A stretch of 63,527 nt of DNA, counting the filler, from Choristocarpus tenellus KU-1152 (taxonomy: Eukaryota > Protista > Phaeophyceae): assembly GCA_964200185.2 (NCBI GenBank). It is 10 parts of 10 records of this genome, joined end to end, with 100 filler letters (N's around TTAATTAATTAA, not from the genome) between each part and the next. Parts side by side here need not be neighbours in the genome. Positions count along the whole stretch, not along the records: positions 34,581 to 38,840 come from CAXNAD020015427.1; positions 38,941 to 49,922 come from CAXNAD020002586.1; positions 50,023 to 53,108 come from CAXNAD020022422.1; 7 more parts are not named here. The stretch is one strand, 5' to 3'. The position numbers and the translations under genes were made by a program. This document shows positions 37,877-50,200 of the stretch, one piece after another. The notes beneath the pieces were generated by a model, which saw nothing but the letters and a program-made list of their open reading frames with translations, did no database searches and had not been told where the DNA came from. How positions within the stretch are numbered: position 1 is the stretch's first letter; the number at the start of each line of letters is the position of its first letter.

Positions 37877-38215
37877 CCATTTTAAGCCACCTTTTTAATC
37901 TTCTGCGATTCCCCCATATTTCTATGGATGAAGTGCTACTGATTTATTCTATTGATTTGAGAGTGTCGGATTTTTCTGCTGTTTGAAAGTTTTCGACAGA
38001 ATTCAGAAAACTCCCTGCACGCATTTGTACAAAATACCGAAATTTACACATATTTGGCAGCATCCTCAAAATGCAACCTCGTGCACCTTTCACTTACTTT
38101 GACTCAGTGCCAAACTTTGATTCATACAAACCACCTAATATGCTGTAGGGAGACGTTGGTCAACAGGAGATGCACTATGGCATAGGCAATGTCGTTAGCT
38201 GTAGTGTGAAAAACA
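37877..38215 (+). mobile_element. Dispersed repeat family A, copy 3
   Basis: Aligns by eye with copies 1 and 2. Confidence 0.7.
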
Positions 38216-38610
38216 TTTCACCATTGACAATTCAATATCAAAGGACCTACACTGTTACAATGTTCCACGAACCACACTTCTTTACACCAATCAAATGGCA
38301 ATTTCGATTTTAACTAATATCTTGGCGGCTAAAGAAGAGCCACTCGCTATATCCTTCACTCCAAATCTGAGGGTCACAAGAATAATTATTTGTAAGACGA
38401 GGTACTTTCCTCATCCTAATCATACAACAGGAGCAAGAAACTCTGCAAGCGTGAAATACTGGAAGAAAGACCACTGAAGTACAGATTCAAGGTAAGGAGG
38501 CAGCAAAGAGGAGATTCATTCCACATCGAATTGTTTTTCATAGCGTTTGAGTACTTCAGGGCACTTCACTCTTCATCATAAAAACTCTAAAACTTGTTAT
38601 GCTTGCCCAG

Positions 38611-38748
38611 CTAGTCATTACTGTCAACAATAAAGTGTACTATCAGATCCCCACGGCCATCCTTTCCTTTCCCTCGTGGCATGCCGAGACCAGCTAGTGT
38701 CTTTTCATAGCCATCGCGTACTTCTCCTGGCTTAACTGAGATGCGTAC
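38611..38748 (-). CDS. DnaJ/Hsp40 C-terminal domain, last exon only
   Basis: CCCAG|VRISVKPGEVRDGYEKTLAGLGMPRGKGKDGRGDLIVHFIVDSND*. G.GMP...RGDLIV.F is the DnaJ_C signature. Confidence 0.85.
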   Translation of the reverse strand, partial: VRISVKPGEVRDGYEKTLAGLGMPRGKGKDGRGDLIVHFIVDSND

Positions 38749-39293
38749 CTGGGAATACCACAAAAACACAAAAGACAAACAAGAGGGGGGGGGGGGGGGA
38801 GGGGGGGGAAGCATTGTGTGGGGTAGTTTCCACAAAGGGGNNNNNNNNNNNNNNNNNNNNNNNNNNNNNNNNNNNNNNNNNNNNTTAATTAATTAANNNN
38901 NNNNNNNNNNNNNNNNNNNNNNNNNNNNNNNNNNNNNNNNAGAGATAAAACAACCCACCAAACAAACACATCAACAGTACCCCCCCCCCCTCTCAGGAAT
39001 GCAAGTACAGACCACAACCAACCTTTTCGAGAAATCAGACACATTGCCACCAATTAAATATCGAGTGAACGCCCCCAGCCGGTGCATGACCCAAGAAAAC
39101 CTCGTTCATGATACCATTGTCGGTTTTTCTTACGGCCATGCCATACCAACAATTCCAACCATTCTAAGTTCACATCCATGACCGCACCATCTTTGAGATA
39201 AGTCATCCCCCCATCCCCCAACCTCACCACCCTGTCCCCCTTCTAATCTAACACGGGCAGCGAGAAAGAACACAAATACAAAACGTTTCGAAC

Positions 39294-41665
39294 CTGAAGG
39301 GCCACGATCTGTTTCCCCATGTTAGGTGCGATGACTGCGTACACTCCCGAATTCTCCGTCACAGACATCAACGCCTCTCTTAAAACCGGTCAGCCGAGCC
39401 ACACCAACCCCCGAAACAATACACCGGGGCAGATTTGCGTTAGAAGTTGAACAGGTGGGGGAGATAGGGGTTTGTATTGAGATTTTAAAAAAGAGCATTG
39501 TGCACTCCAGGGCCACACTGAGCGGGGTTATCATACGCAGGGAAGATAACATACATAGATGTTATGCACACCGCAGGCGGATTGAAGTTGGTATTAATAG
39601 TCAAGACAGCTTGAACGAATCGGGTGATGTCACAACAGAATGTACATCTACACGAAAAGACCACACGAATCTCTATCGCTTGAATAGTCCCAAACCTCCA
39701 GCTGGAGTTGACTATACACACAAAAAAAAAACGAAAAACATGAATAAAAAGTAACATGAATTTTTTCGTACCTTTTTTTTTCAGTATCACATCGGTTTTT
39801 AGGTCACTTGTCACTGCTCCCACAAAAATCGTGTCGCACAAAAAAGTATCCAAGTATCCAAAATGGAGGTTGTAGGGAATAAAATAAAATAAAATAAAAA
39901 TTACGAGCCTCACTGATAAAAAACAAAAAAAAGAGTTGAAATTCTTGGTCACAAAACTCTTTCCAACATCCGGCAAAAAAAAAATCCCGAAACCACTGAT
40001 TACACAGATACAAGAGCGAAAGACGATTAAAAGCTCCCAGCTTCATGCCGCAAGGTCCTGTAAAAAGCGAAAAATTCACTGAACAAGAAGGCCAACCTGG
40101 TACATCCGTTTCAGAGGTACCACCACCACAGTGCACTCTGTGCGTGGCAGAAAGTCGATGACAAGCACGTTTATGTGTATCACGTAAATACACACGCACA
40201 AGTACAAAGCTTTTGAAGAACTAGTCAAAGATGTAACAGAGCGAAACAATATTTCCTCATTCAGATACCAACAACCTTCCATATGTTGTGTAGATACGAA
40301 TATCGCACCCATGGGTGTCTGCCGTCAACATGCTATGACATAAGAGAAGAACTAGAGACATCAGGGTTGGATACGTTTTCCGAGCCAGGAGGCAAAATTC
40401 TACAACTGGGAAGATGCAACAGAAGGTGTTACGAACATGTAGATGCACCTCTAACCTTGCATTTCACATTGTCATACTTTATCACCAACTCCACATGCTT
40501 TCGCATAGTAGAGTAGAACTGAAATTGGGCGATTTTCTGATAAGCTGTCATCAAACCCCCCAGATCTATGCTACTACAAGAAAACACCCTTCCTGGTAAG
40601 TGCTTAACTGACATACAAGGTTGTCCTTCGTTTCATTTTGCGAACCTCACCTGTCCCCTCCAGTGGTCCCCATGACAAAGTTGAGACCTTGCTTGGCGTA
40701 AAACTCGGCGTTACTATTGACAGCAGAGGGGTGTGTATAATCTACCACCACCAGCTTCTCCCCCCCTCCTCGGCAGAGTTTACGGAGTTCTGCAACAGCC
40801 TTGTCGCAGTCCTCCACGAGGTCACTTCTTACCAGTTTCACCTCTGTGGACGGCCCCCCCTTCCATAAGGATAGACACGGGAGTTTAGGGGTTGGGGAAA
40901 GATGAGTGGAGTGTGCGCTGGTGAATAGGTATGCCAGGGAATAATACTCAGTGACAGATCCCTCACACATTGCCTAGAGCAGTCTTTTTCCCATTTTCTA
41001 GGAACAAAGACACCAAAGAAGAAGCATTGTGAGAAGCGGAAAACAGACACTGGTCACCCATCAAATATTCCATCCGATCAAATAATTTCTGACTTTCAGA
41101 GCAATTCAACCATGAGTCTAACGTACCAATTTTTTCCTTGGTTGATTGATGCCTGGACGTATACTTAACCAGGAGAAATCTGCATAACTGCCATATTACA
41201 AGCAAAAGTGCTCGCATTGTAGGCAGCCTGTTTTGCTGCCGGCCGCATACCCCCGAGCCTGCTGCAGAGGAATACACAGTTCCCAAGTCTCAACCCCAGT
41301 CATCATCTCACCTCTTGGTTATCAACCATAATACTAGTATATTCAATCCGCGGCCCAGTGAGCGCATATGGAGCTATACGGAACCCCATGCGTAGGCAGG
41401 CTGCTGCCACCTCCTTGCCCATGTTCCCAGGGAGGCCATTCATCATAACCCACACTCCATCGAAATCTTCATCCTTCACCCCTTTAGACTTAGGCCCTGT
41501 CCCTGGTTGTTGGGACGGCACGGGTACCTTCTGTAGATCCTGGAAGAACGAAACAAAGCTATTAAAAGGAGATTGTGATGTCTCCTTACCCTCGCCAGTT
41601 GTCATCCTCAGTGGTTGCCTGTGGGGGAAGTTACGATGAGGAGGAGCACATACCGAGGTATTCAT
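39294..41665 (-). CDS. dapB: 4-hydroxy-tetrahydrodipicolinate reductase (plant/algal plastid type), partial
   Basis: Exons 41665-41312 (VMMNGLPGNMGKEVAAAC), 40859-40651 (VVDYTHPSAVNSNAEFY...FVMGTTGGDR) and 39378-39294 (EALMSVTENSGVYAVIAPNMGKQIVALQ) have matching phases. The 3' exons are off the contig and the true start is uncertain. Confidence 0.92.
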
Positions 41666-42217
41666 GGGCCGAGAGGTTTCAGACGTGTAGACAGAGGATG
41701 AGCAAATGAAGTGAAGCCCTCATTAATCTGGAAGCTCCAGCAACCACAGAAGTTGCTCGATTATTCGGATATGCAAATATAATGCGTGATATTTGGTGTG
41801 GATGAGGGCGATAGATGCCACTAAAATGACTATTAGTGACATAGAGATCGGACATTTGAAAAAAAAAGGGAGTGAAAGACGAATACCATGAAGATGATTG
41901 GAGGTGTGACTACAGATCAGCCCATCCATGTGTGCTTGGTTATTGCATAAACACCACACCTTGCCATGGGTGCACAGATAGGTGTTACGAAGGATTGGAC
42001 AGGTGTGACTGAAGCCAGAATGACAGCCATGGGCTTCGCGAAAGTTGTCTTCATGATGATGGAGGTTGTACACCTTTACTGGTGTGCATGTGAACATTTT
42101 GTGTGTCTATCTCACCTAAACAAAACCGCCTACCACGTTTTAAGAAGACGTGCGGATTCGATTCTCTTCCATCATATATTAAAAAAAGTGCGGAGTATAT
42201 CAACTACCCTCCTTCTT

Positions 42218-44050
42218 ATGAGACGAGATACGGTCCTCTTAGATCCTCTGTCTGGGCAGCCATCACGCCGCACAGGTGTCCAAGATTTTCTGGACTATCT
42301 TGCGGATGAGTTCCGTGGGGATGACGACGGTTGGAGAAAGTTTTACAAGGGACAGTATGTCCGCGCCCTGTCATGGTCATGTCTACTACTCTCTGGCTGG
42401 ACCTTTACTCGGTTTACCTGTTACTTTGGAATTCCAGATGACTGCAACCTGGCAAATCTTCCGCTCGAGTACCTTTCCGACCTCCAAATAATGCTAACTT
42501 ACGGTCTAGTCCAGGTATTGACAGTATTCGTGGAGGGCTGCAGAAGGGGTAACTACTGTGCCAACAAGGAGCTTAAAGTGTGTCTAGATTCCTACCCTGG
42601 AAGTTGGCAGATCCGACTCCACTTGTCTGAAGATCTATCTTCACCCCAAACCCTCTTTGTTCGACCACCCTGAGTAGTGCGTGCAGGGACAAATGTACTT
42701 ACCGTCTTCTCTGGACACATCCGACACAGGCATGGTTTTGTGATATACTCGAGCGTGAGCGTTTCTGGCACCTGGTGAATTGGAGGCGTTGGTATTTCTA
42801 TGTTGCCTTCTTTACAAGGTGAAACACCGTCCCCCTAGGTGGTAATACCGTAGAGTGGTGTTGGTCTTCCAAACACCTGACGTGCTGTAAGTTTCAATTA
42901 TCCTCCTATTTACCACGGTCTTTCTCCAATGGTACGCAATCATTGGCGTGTCTTATGACCGATTGTTGATTCGCTCGACTAATGACAAGGTGAGTTCTGT
43001 GGCGATCGAATTCCTCTCGGTGTGTACTCTCCTTGCACCATAATGGGCTCATTACATCCCTTTATGACACCCCCTTCTCTCCTAGCAACGAAGATGTTTG
43101 GTTGTTGACATCAAAGGCTTGGCTGGAATAACCAAAACACCAAGAGGCACTGAACAGGGTGTAGTACAATTTGTAGTAATCGAAGATCTTTTGATAACCT
43201 TATATGGCCAAGTCATCCACATACCCCGTCGAACTCATTCCTCCTCCCAGTCTCTTATCCCCCGTACCTTCCCCCCAGCCCTACCTCTCCCGATGAGGAG
43301 TCGATCCTCATCCCTACCTATTACTGCCTCTCTACCTCGACAATCAAATGCTCCTAACCTCACCCCACCTTCCATCTCTCTCTCAGTGGCCCAGTGTTCT
43401 CAGCTATTGGAGACATCCCAGCATTGGAGAGCAGTTTATCTACTGGATCGCACTACACCACTGTGCAGATATTGATGTACCTAATTCTCGCCACAGTTGT
43501 CTGTGGATGCATTGCCTGGCATTTCTGGTATGCAAGTCGTGTGCTGAAGCGTAAGGCTGGGGTCACCTTAAACCCTCAAGTGAGAACACAGGGAAGGAGC
43601 AATACAGCTGAAGAAGAAAGAAACCACAGGAGATGGGATGGCCCTGAGGACCGTGGAACAAACATGGGACATGGTAGCTGGGGAAGTCAAGAGTTGGAGA
43701 CAAATACCGACTTTGGAAGTGTAGACAACCAGATTCATGGTCAGGGCGTTGAACCACAGCTTTGGGAGGAGAGGAGGCAGAGTACAGATCTTCAAAATCT
43801 TCAAAACTACCTAGTGTACCTCTTTAGCCGAGGAGTAGTTGTGGTCTATTTCACTATATACACTATCCTGGTGTTGTTAGGGGGAGGGGGAGGATTTCAG
43901 GTCCACCACTTCTTTCTTGCTTGGGTGGTATCCCTTGTGGCCCAGTTCCGCCACGCTGTAAGTGTGTTATGGTTGGGAATTACCACAGGAATATTCGTGC
44001 AGGGGCTGGGTGCATACCGTGCTGCCTTTGTCTTCTACGTGGAAGGATGA
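42218..44050 (+). CDS. Uncharacterised polytopic membrane protein, multi-exon
   Basis: First exon 42218-42514 (donor CAG|GTATTG). Last exon ~43395-44050 has several hydrophobic segments and a C-terminal VHHFFLAW...GIFVQGLGAY motif. Middle exons are unresolved. Confidence 0.65.
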
Positions 44051-44864
44051 TTGCAGGTGACCTTGTTTGCTTGGAAGGGTGGGCAGATGGGGGTGGTGCG
44101 ATAGTCTGGGATATCCCTTTCCTCTTATTCTCCCTATAATAAAGGTACTGTGTAGTAGTAACCTGGAGTTCTGATAAGACACCATCAGCAATGCACTTCT
44201 CTGTTGCGGTTTCTCTGTCGGTGTTGATGCTTGTTCATGTGGTTCATCATGATAGTTTCACATGGACTTGAGTACTCCAGACCTGTCTGCAGGCTACGCT
44301 GCAGTAATGCCAGGAGAAGAGGGTGTTACTATCTTTCCCATTACAGCTGGAAGTACTGGTCAAGGGAGGACCTAAGCATTTCTTCTGGGAAACTTACGTA
44401 GGTTTTTCTTCACCTTACCTTCAACATTTGTCATTCCGTGTCCAGGCGAAGCATATATATGTACCATGTAATACCCAATATACGATAGTAAAATATTGCC
44501 TATCCACCAATCTGTATGTACATTCCCAGTACCAGCTTTTGTTCTGGCATGTTTCCTTGTGATAACAGTGTGTGCCACCCACATTGACCATTGACTGCAG
44601 GTTACGCCAAACTCTATCCACTCCCTTACTACTGCTTCTTGGTTTTGTCTGTTTGGGCCTCACTGTCTCACACCTTGTGTGTTCTAATGCAATTCTACAA
44701 TTTGATCCATACCTGCTCTTTTTTAGCTGCCGATATAGTTTTTCTGTATCTCTTCGATTTTCCTCAGAGATGCTCTTGGAACAAGAACATCCTTCAATAA
44801 TGATCCCTTGCCTTCTTCGCAGGTTTTCGGTGGTGTGAGAGGGGTGTGAGCTGCATAGTCACGG

Positions 44865-45240
44865 GAGTCCTGATGAGCTTGTCAGTAGTTACAGTATGGC
44901 AAACACCGTCTGGGCTGTAAGGTCACAGAGATAAACACAAGAGCCTCAGTCATTGCCCTTCAGAATGCCAGGGGCTACATGTGTTTAAGGGGCTGTGAAG
45001 AATGAGTAGCAGGGCCTCAGTTGTCATTTTTCTGGCATCAGGGGTCACAAGCTGCAGAGAGCTGGAGAACAAGAAGGAAAAGTTTCAATTGTCTGCTGTG
45101 AGATGCCAGGGCTCACGTGCTGCATGGAGTCACAGAGAGAGTAGAGCCTCAAATGTCATCTGCAGGATGCCCTAGGACCACAGGGAGCAGGCAGGAGAGT
45201 CTCAATCATGCCCTGTGAGATATAAGGGTACACTTACTGC
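44865..45240 (+). repeat. Degenerate minisatellite, ~65-70 bp period
   Basis: Recurring GAGCCTCA...TGTC...ATGCCAGGG...GCTG motifs. Confidence 0.5.
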
Positions 45241-47017
45241 AAAAGGTTGCAGAGAACAAACGGCAAAGGCTCCGCCATGTGCGTGATATCAGGTTTCATG
45301 TGGTGCTGCAGAGAGATACGAAAGATCAAGCAGCAGAACCTTGATATTTGGTTGCGAGATGTTTGGAGCCATCTAGAACTTTTATGGTATGCACCAAGAG
45401 AGGCAGGAAGATACATAGAGTGTGGTAGACCTTGATGCTACTGTCATTGACTATATCTCCCTCGCTCTCTAAGACCAGACCATACACCCTCTCGCCTCTC
45501 CACCACCTGTTCACATGGGGCAAGCGGTCCAGCCCACTCCTGAACAGACCTTATTTTTTCAAAGAAGACGATACTCATATTTTTTTAGAGACACTGCGCT
45601 GTCTGGGAACCTCATCTGGCTAGCATACATAACTTCCGGGTATCCATCACTGACAAAATTATTCAAACTATGGCATTTACCTTCTTTAGGACATGATATA
45701 TTTCTTGTCTTAAGACATTACGTGTAGTATGATGCTGAGTGGTCCGGTGGTCGGTAGACAACGGTGTAACTATGTTCACTTGTCTTGTAAGAACTTTATT
45801 GTTAAGAATGTGCTTTTTTTTCATGTGTAAAAGATTCTGTAGAAGAAACAATCTAGGGATGAAGAGACAACGTTTGTGTTCTGAAGAATAGAAGATAAGG
45901 TTGGGTTTCAAGAACTAGAATAGGAAGCATTTTGGGAAGTAATCTGTGATTAGTTTGATTAGTCATTCACACAGAATATAATTGATTTGGTGGCAACGAT
46001 CCCCCCCCCCCCTTTGGCTTGGATGTTCACTCCTCCTTTCACCTTTCTTACTTAGTGTACAACCTGTTCTACACAATAAGGAATTAATCGAGTCATTTAC
46101 ATACAAGTCTTGGGAACATCAATTTATTTTAACAACATATTGCACCAGTAGTGCACGCATGCTCATTGCTGATCAGCAACAACCCTGTGTTGCAAAGGTT
46201 GAATTTCATGAGCGTAGTCGAGAGAAGTAGAGTGTCTAGATTCTTCATAATATTTATTGTACTGATGTAGTACACTCATTTCATTGCATGTAGAATGGAC
46301 AGTGGTTGGAATCGACTGAACACCACATAATAGGTGTACGGCATTTGTTTTCATGGTGAGGGATAGGATTGATTGGACAAAGACGATGAAGTACGTATCC
46401 TGGCACCCACTCTGGTGTTCTCTCCCCTCCCTCTACCATGTTGGCACAGCCAAGAAACAAAACACAGTCTTGACCAAGTTGCTGCTGCTCTGCTCGACAG
46501 AACCTGAACAGGGCATTTACTCAAAAACGACCATACATTTTCTGGTATGGTTATGATGCTTTCCATGACGTGTCACCGCCTGAGCTACTTAGCACCACAT
46601 TTCCAATCCCCAAATCCTTCTCAGCTCTCTTTCTCAGTGCTCCTCCCGTCAGCAGCAGATGCACAAATTGCCCGTTTGCCCAGGAAGCAAAAGGTACTTG
46701 CGCCCAGGCTGTGAATGATGACATACCCGAGATGCATGGTGGATTCCACAAAATGCTCCTCCTCTTCCAGCAGATACTTGGAGGGGAGAATGGCAAGGGG
46801 AACGCGGTACTAATTGATACTATGTTGCGAACAATCAAAGCACAGACAGAACCTGACACTATGTCTGATACTCCGGATGAGCTATTGTTGATATCATATA
46901 TAGTGACTGGTGCTCGCTCAATCAAGAGAAGAGGGCAAAGTCCAAAGTGGAGGTGGTGAGGTTCAGGGATGCATGATGATATGATACACCGCTGTACATA
47001 TCATATGATTGAGAGTA

Positions 47018-47260
47018 TCTTAGAGGGTACGAATCTTGCTCTATTTGTCCATTTTTGGGGCTTGGCTTCCCATGAGGTTTTTATGTCATTTTCCTACTCC
47101 AAAATGTTTCGGAGTAGCTAAAATATATATATACGTTATGAAAAGGTGTGTTTGGAACCAAGGGTATTGACACTTCCTAACAAACACAGTCCCCAAAATT
47201 ACATCAAAATCGCAACAATGGCCTTTGGGCCTCACATGGACCCGGCTCTACCCTCTAAGA
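47018..47260 (+). mobile_element. MITE family B, 243 bp, terminal inverted repeats, TA flanks (Tc1/mariner-like)
   Basis: TA|TCTTAGAGGGTA...TACCCTCTAAGA|TA. The perfect inverted symmetry is 16 bp including flanks (47014-47029 and 47249-47264). Non-coding, with paralogs at 36133 and 63256. Confidence 0.75.
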
Positions 47261-50200
47261 TACTTAGACTCATATAGAGCACTCCATTATAGCAGTGCTT
47301 TTTGGTGTAAATTACGAGCGTGTAGGGTAGTCAAGATATAAAAGATCTTTGGTAACCCTATAGGCATACACACACACCTTGTGTGCTGCTCTCTTGAATG
47401 GTAACTATCTCCAAGAGTTTTGATCATGGAAAATATTTTAACTCCCACGGTGAGAAGCAATAACTCGACCAAATAAACAGGATTGTCCTCAGAATCCTAC
47501 CACACACTCAATAACATGCGTTTCAAACCCTGCTTGCAGTTTCATGGACCTAATAACTACAGATGTCCCCTCCTTTCATCCTCCGCCTTGTTTACTGCTT
47601 CCTGCGCTATATCTTTTAGTCATACCTGTCTTCCGTGGCCGTAGAGGCAAACCAAGTGGAAGACCAGACAAGGGACAAAAGCGAGGATTCTTTCCTTCAT
47701 CGGCCGCCGCAATGACATGATCAGGAGGGTAAAAAGGCCAGAAATCGCAGCTCCCTTCGCATGCGCCGTGTATGTCTTGTTTGAGTATCGCGAGCATAAC
47801 GAGATTTCCAGTCGGCACGATGCCACGGGATAGAAAGGTGGCTGAAAGTAAGTTGAGTGTGCACATGGAAGCGAGTAGAGAGATATACTCACAACTGTCC
47901 GAAATCCCCACCCCCCGATGTTGCTTACTCGATTTCACGACGATCGCTAGGGGATCAAGGATGACTCACCCAAACTGGATCCATGGGGCGGGGACGATCC
48001 ATGAGGCCCCACAGAGTGGGAGGGCTAATGACCAGCAAGTAGATCCATGAGGAGTACACCAATATGAAGAAGATCGTCAAAAAGGTGGTTAGAGTGAATC
48101 GGCAATCCTGTGTGATTCCGGAAGCAGGCATGTCTTCGAGGGACGGAATCAACGAACTGACCAAGGACCTGTATGTCAACAGTTCAGATCCTACACGCCA
48201 GAGACAACAACGGACGACGGGGGAGGGGGGAGGAGAGTCTAAATGCTTATTTGACTATTTTGCTGAGGTCCAGACAGAATGTGGGTTGTAGTCTGAGTGC
48301 ACTGGCTTTTTTCCCGCAAGTAGGATCCTCCCAATCGAAAGTGCAGAGAGCAGGATTATCTCTCTTCCACCTTCCCAGTCTCTGGTTGTGGCATACCTGG
48401 TAGCAAACCCTGGGGTGAGGGGGGGTGTTAGAAATGGAAGGAATATCAACACCAACCTCCTTGTCCAAACTAGAAAATTGGTGCGTAGCAATTCACTCCA
48501 CCATGGGCCTCTCTACACTCTCCAATGGTCTCATTGCTCCCTGTCCAAATTCACTTTTGAAGAGAAACAAGTTCTATACTTGTCCACCATAACAATGATG
48601 TTTATGGAGAGGGCAAATCCTCCCAAGATTTATCTTACACAATCAGTACAACAGAACAGTTGTTGTAGTATAACATCGAATATCTAAATTTCACTCTCAT
48701 ATGGGCATCTCCAGAAGGGGTCCAACAGACTTCAGGTCGATGTGGTAGGATCTTCCCTCCATTCCCGACCATTGCCTACATTGATTCAGTTCAGGAGTGT
48801 TGGTTTTGTTGATTTCTTGTCCTTGGTTTAACGTAGGAGTTGGTATACCTTGTTACTATATATTGATGTAGTTTGGGGGTATGTTCCCTTCACACTTCTT
48901 CCTTTTCCTGTATGACAAAACACAGTAACATCTGAAACGGACACAATATTACATTACATGTGTAGGAAAGAAAACCACCTTCAATAAATATTTTTACATG
49001 TTTTTCAAAAATAAGATAATAATATATATTTTTGTTTGGGAATTTTTTAGGTTAGTTTCGGCAAATATATCAAATATTAATATATATATATCCAGCATTC
49101 GACATGATGTGAACGAACGATTCGTGAGTCGATGCCAGATTTCCATATGTGTCGTTCCTCGGTTACTGCAACCAGCCTATACTTTCTTCGATAACATGGA
49201 GGATCATCGAGTTCAACGAACTTACACACCAACAACATATATATGTAAGGATGAACACCACCCCACAATTTTGACACTGGCATGTACCTCCATTTGATTA
49301 AATAATTATAATCACATCCCAACCTGATTTGCCAAACATCGAACCCTATAAACCCAATTAACCAATTCAGTCAAATACTACACCAAGGTTAAGTTCCTAA
49401 ATCTACGTAGAACTCAACATCCTTTTATCTGATTCTGAACAACAATAAAAACACCAATTCCTTCAACTTCCACCTTCAAAATCTCCACCTTACTTCATTG
49501 ACTGGATTTTTGTTGGTGTCTGATAATTGAGACCTCTTCAGATTTGACGCATACACTTCCATGAGAACCAACCATCTCCAGTTTTAATTTATCTTAGAAG
49601 TATCCCCTTCATGACTGTTTTCACCCTTTTCTCGTTAACGGTTAATGAATATGACGGTCAGTGTTGTTGGACGATGAATTTAATACCAGCGCAGTTTCAT
49701 ATATCTCACAAACTTCAACATGCTCAGGACCCAGGGTATGGTGTAAGTGGCACTCGATACTCTTTCGAGGTGTGCTATTTAAGCACAATGAAGCGTTACT
49801 AACTGTTACGGTAGTAGTAAATATATATATATATATATTAACCTTGGATGGGAAGGGTTGCTTTACACGGACACAGAGTCAATGGATCCTCGCCTGAGAT
49901 GACAACTTCGTACACGTACCAGNNNNNNNNNNNNNNNNNNNNNNNNNNNNNNNNNNNNNNNNNNNNTTAATTAATTAANNNNNNNNNNNNNNNNNNNNNN
50001 NNNNNNNNNNNNNNNNNNNNNNTGGGTGCTGGATGCTTACTTTCTTCGGGTGGGGCCCAAAGGGCTCCCCCGGGTTAAAACCCCCCCCCCCCCCCCCCCC
50101 AGATACTTTGACAGACGAAATACATCCCACTCCTGCGGAATTTGTGTTCCAAAATACGAGCGATCAGATCGTCAAAGGGGGCCGTGAGAACTCAGTGGCA

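Noticed and set aside
46350-48300. Cluster of 100-130 aa ORFs on both strands around the MITE
   Set aside because: No consistent exon chain or known motif. May be a degraded element.
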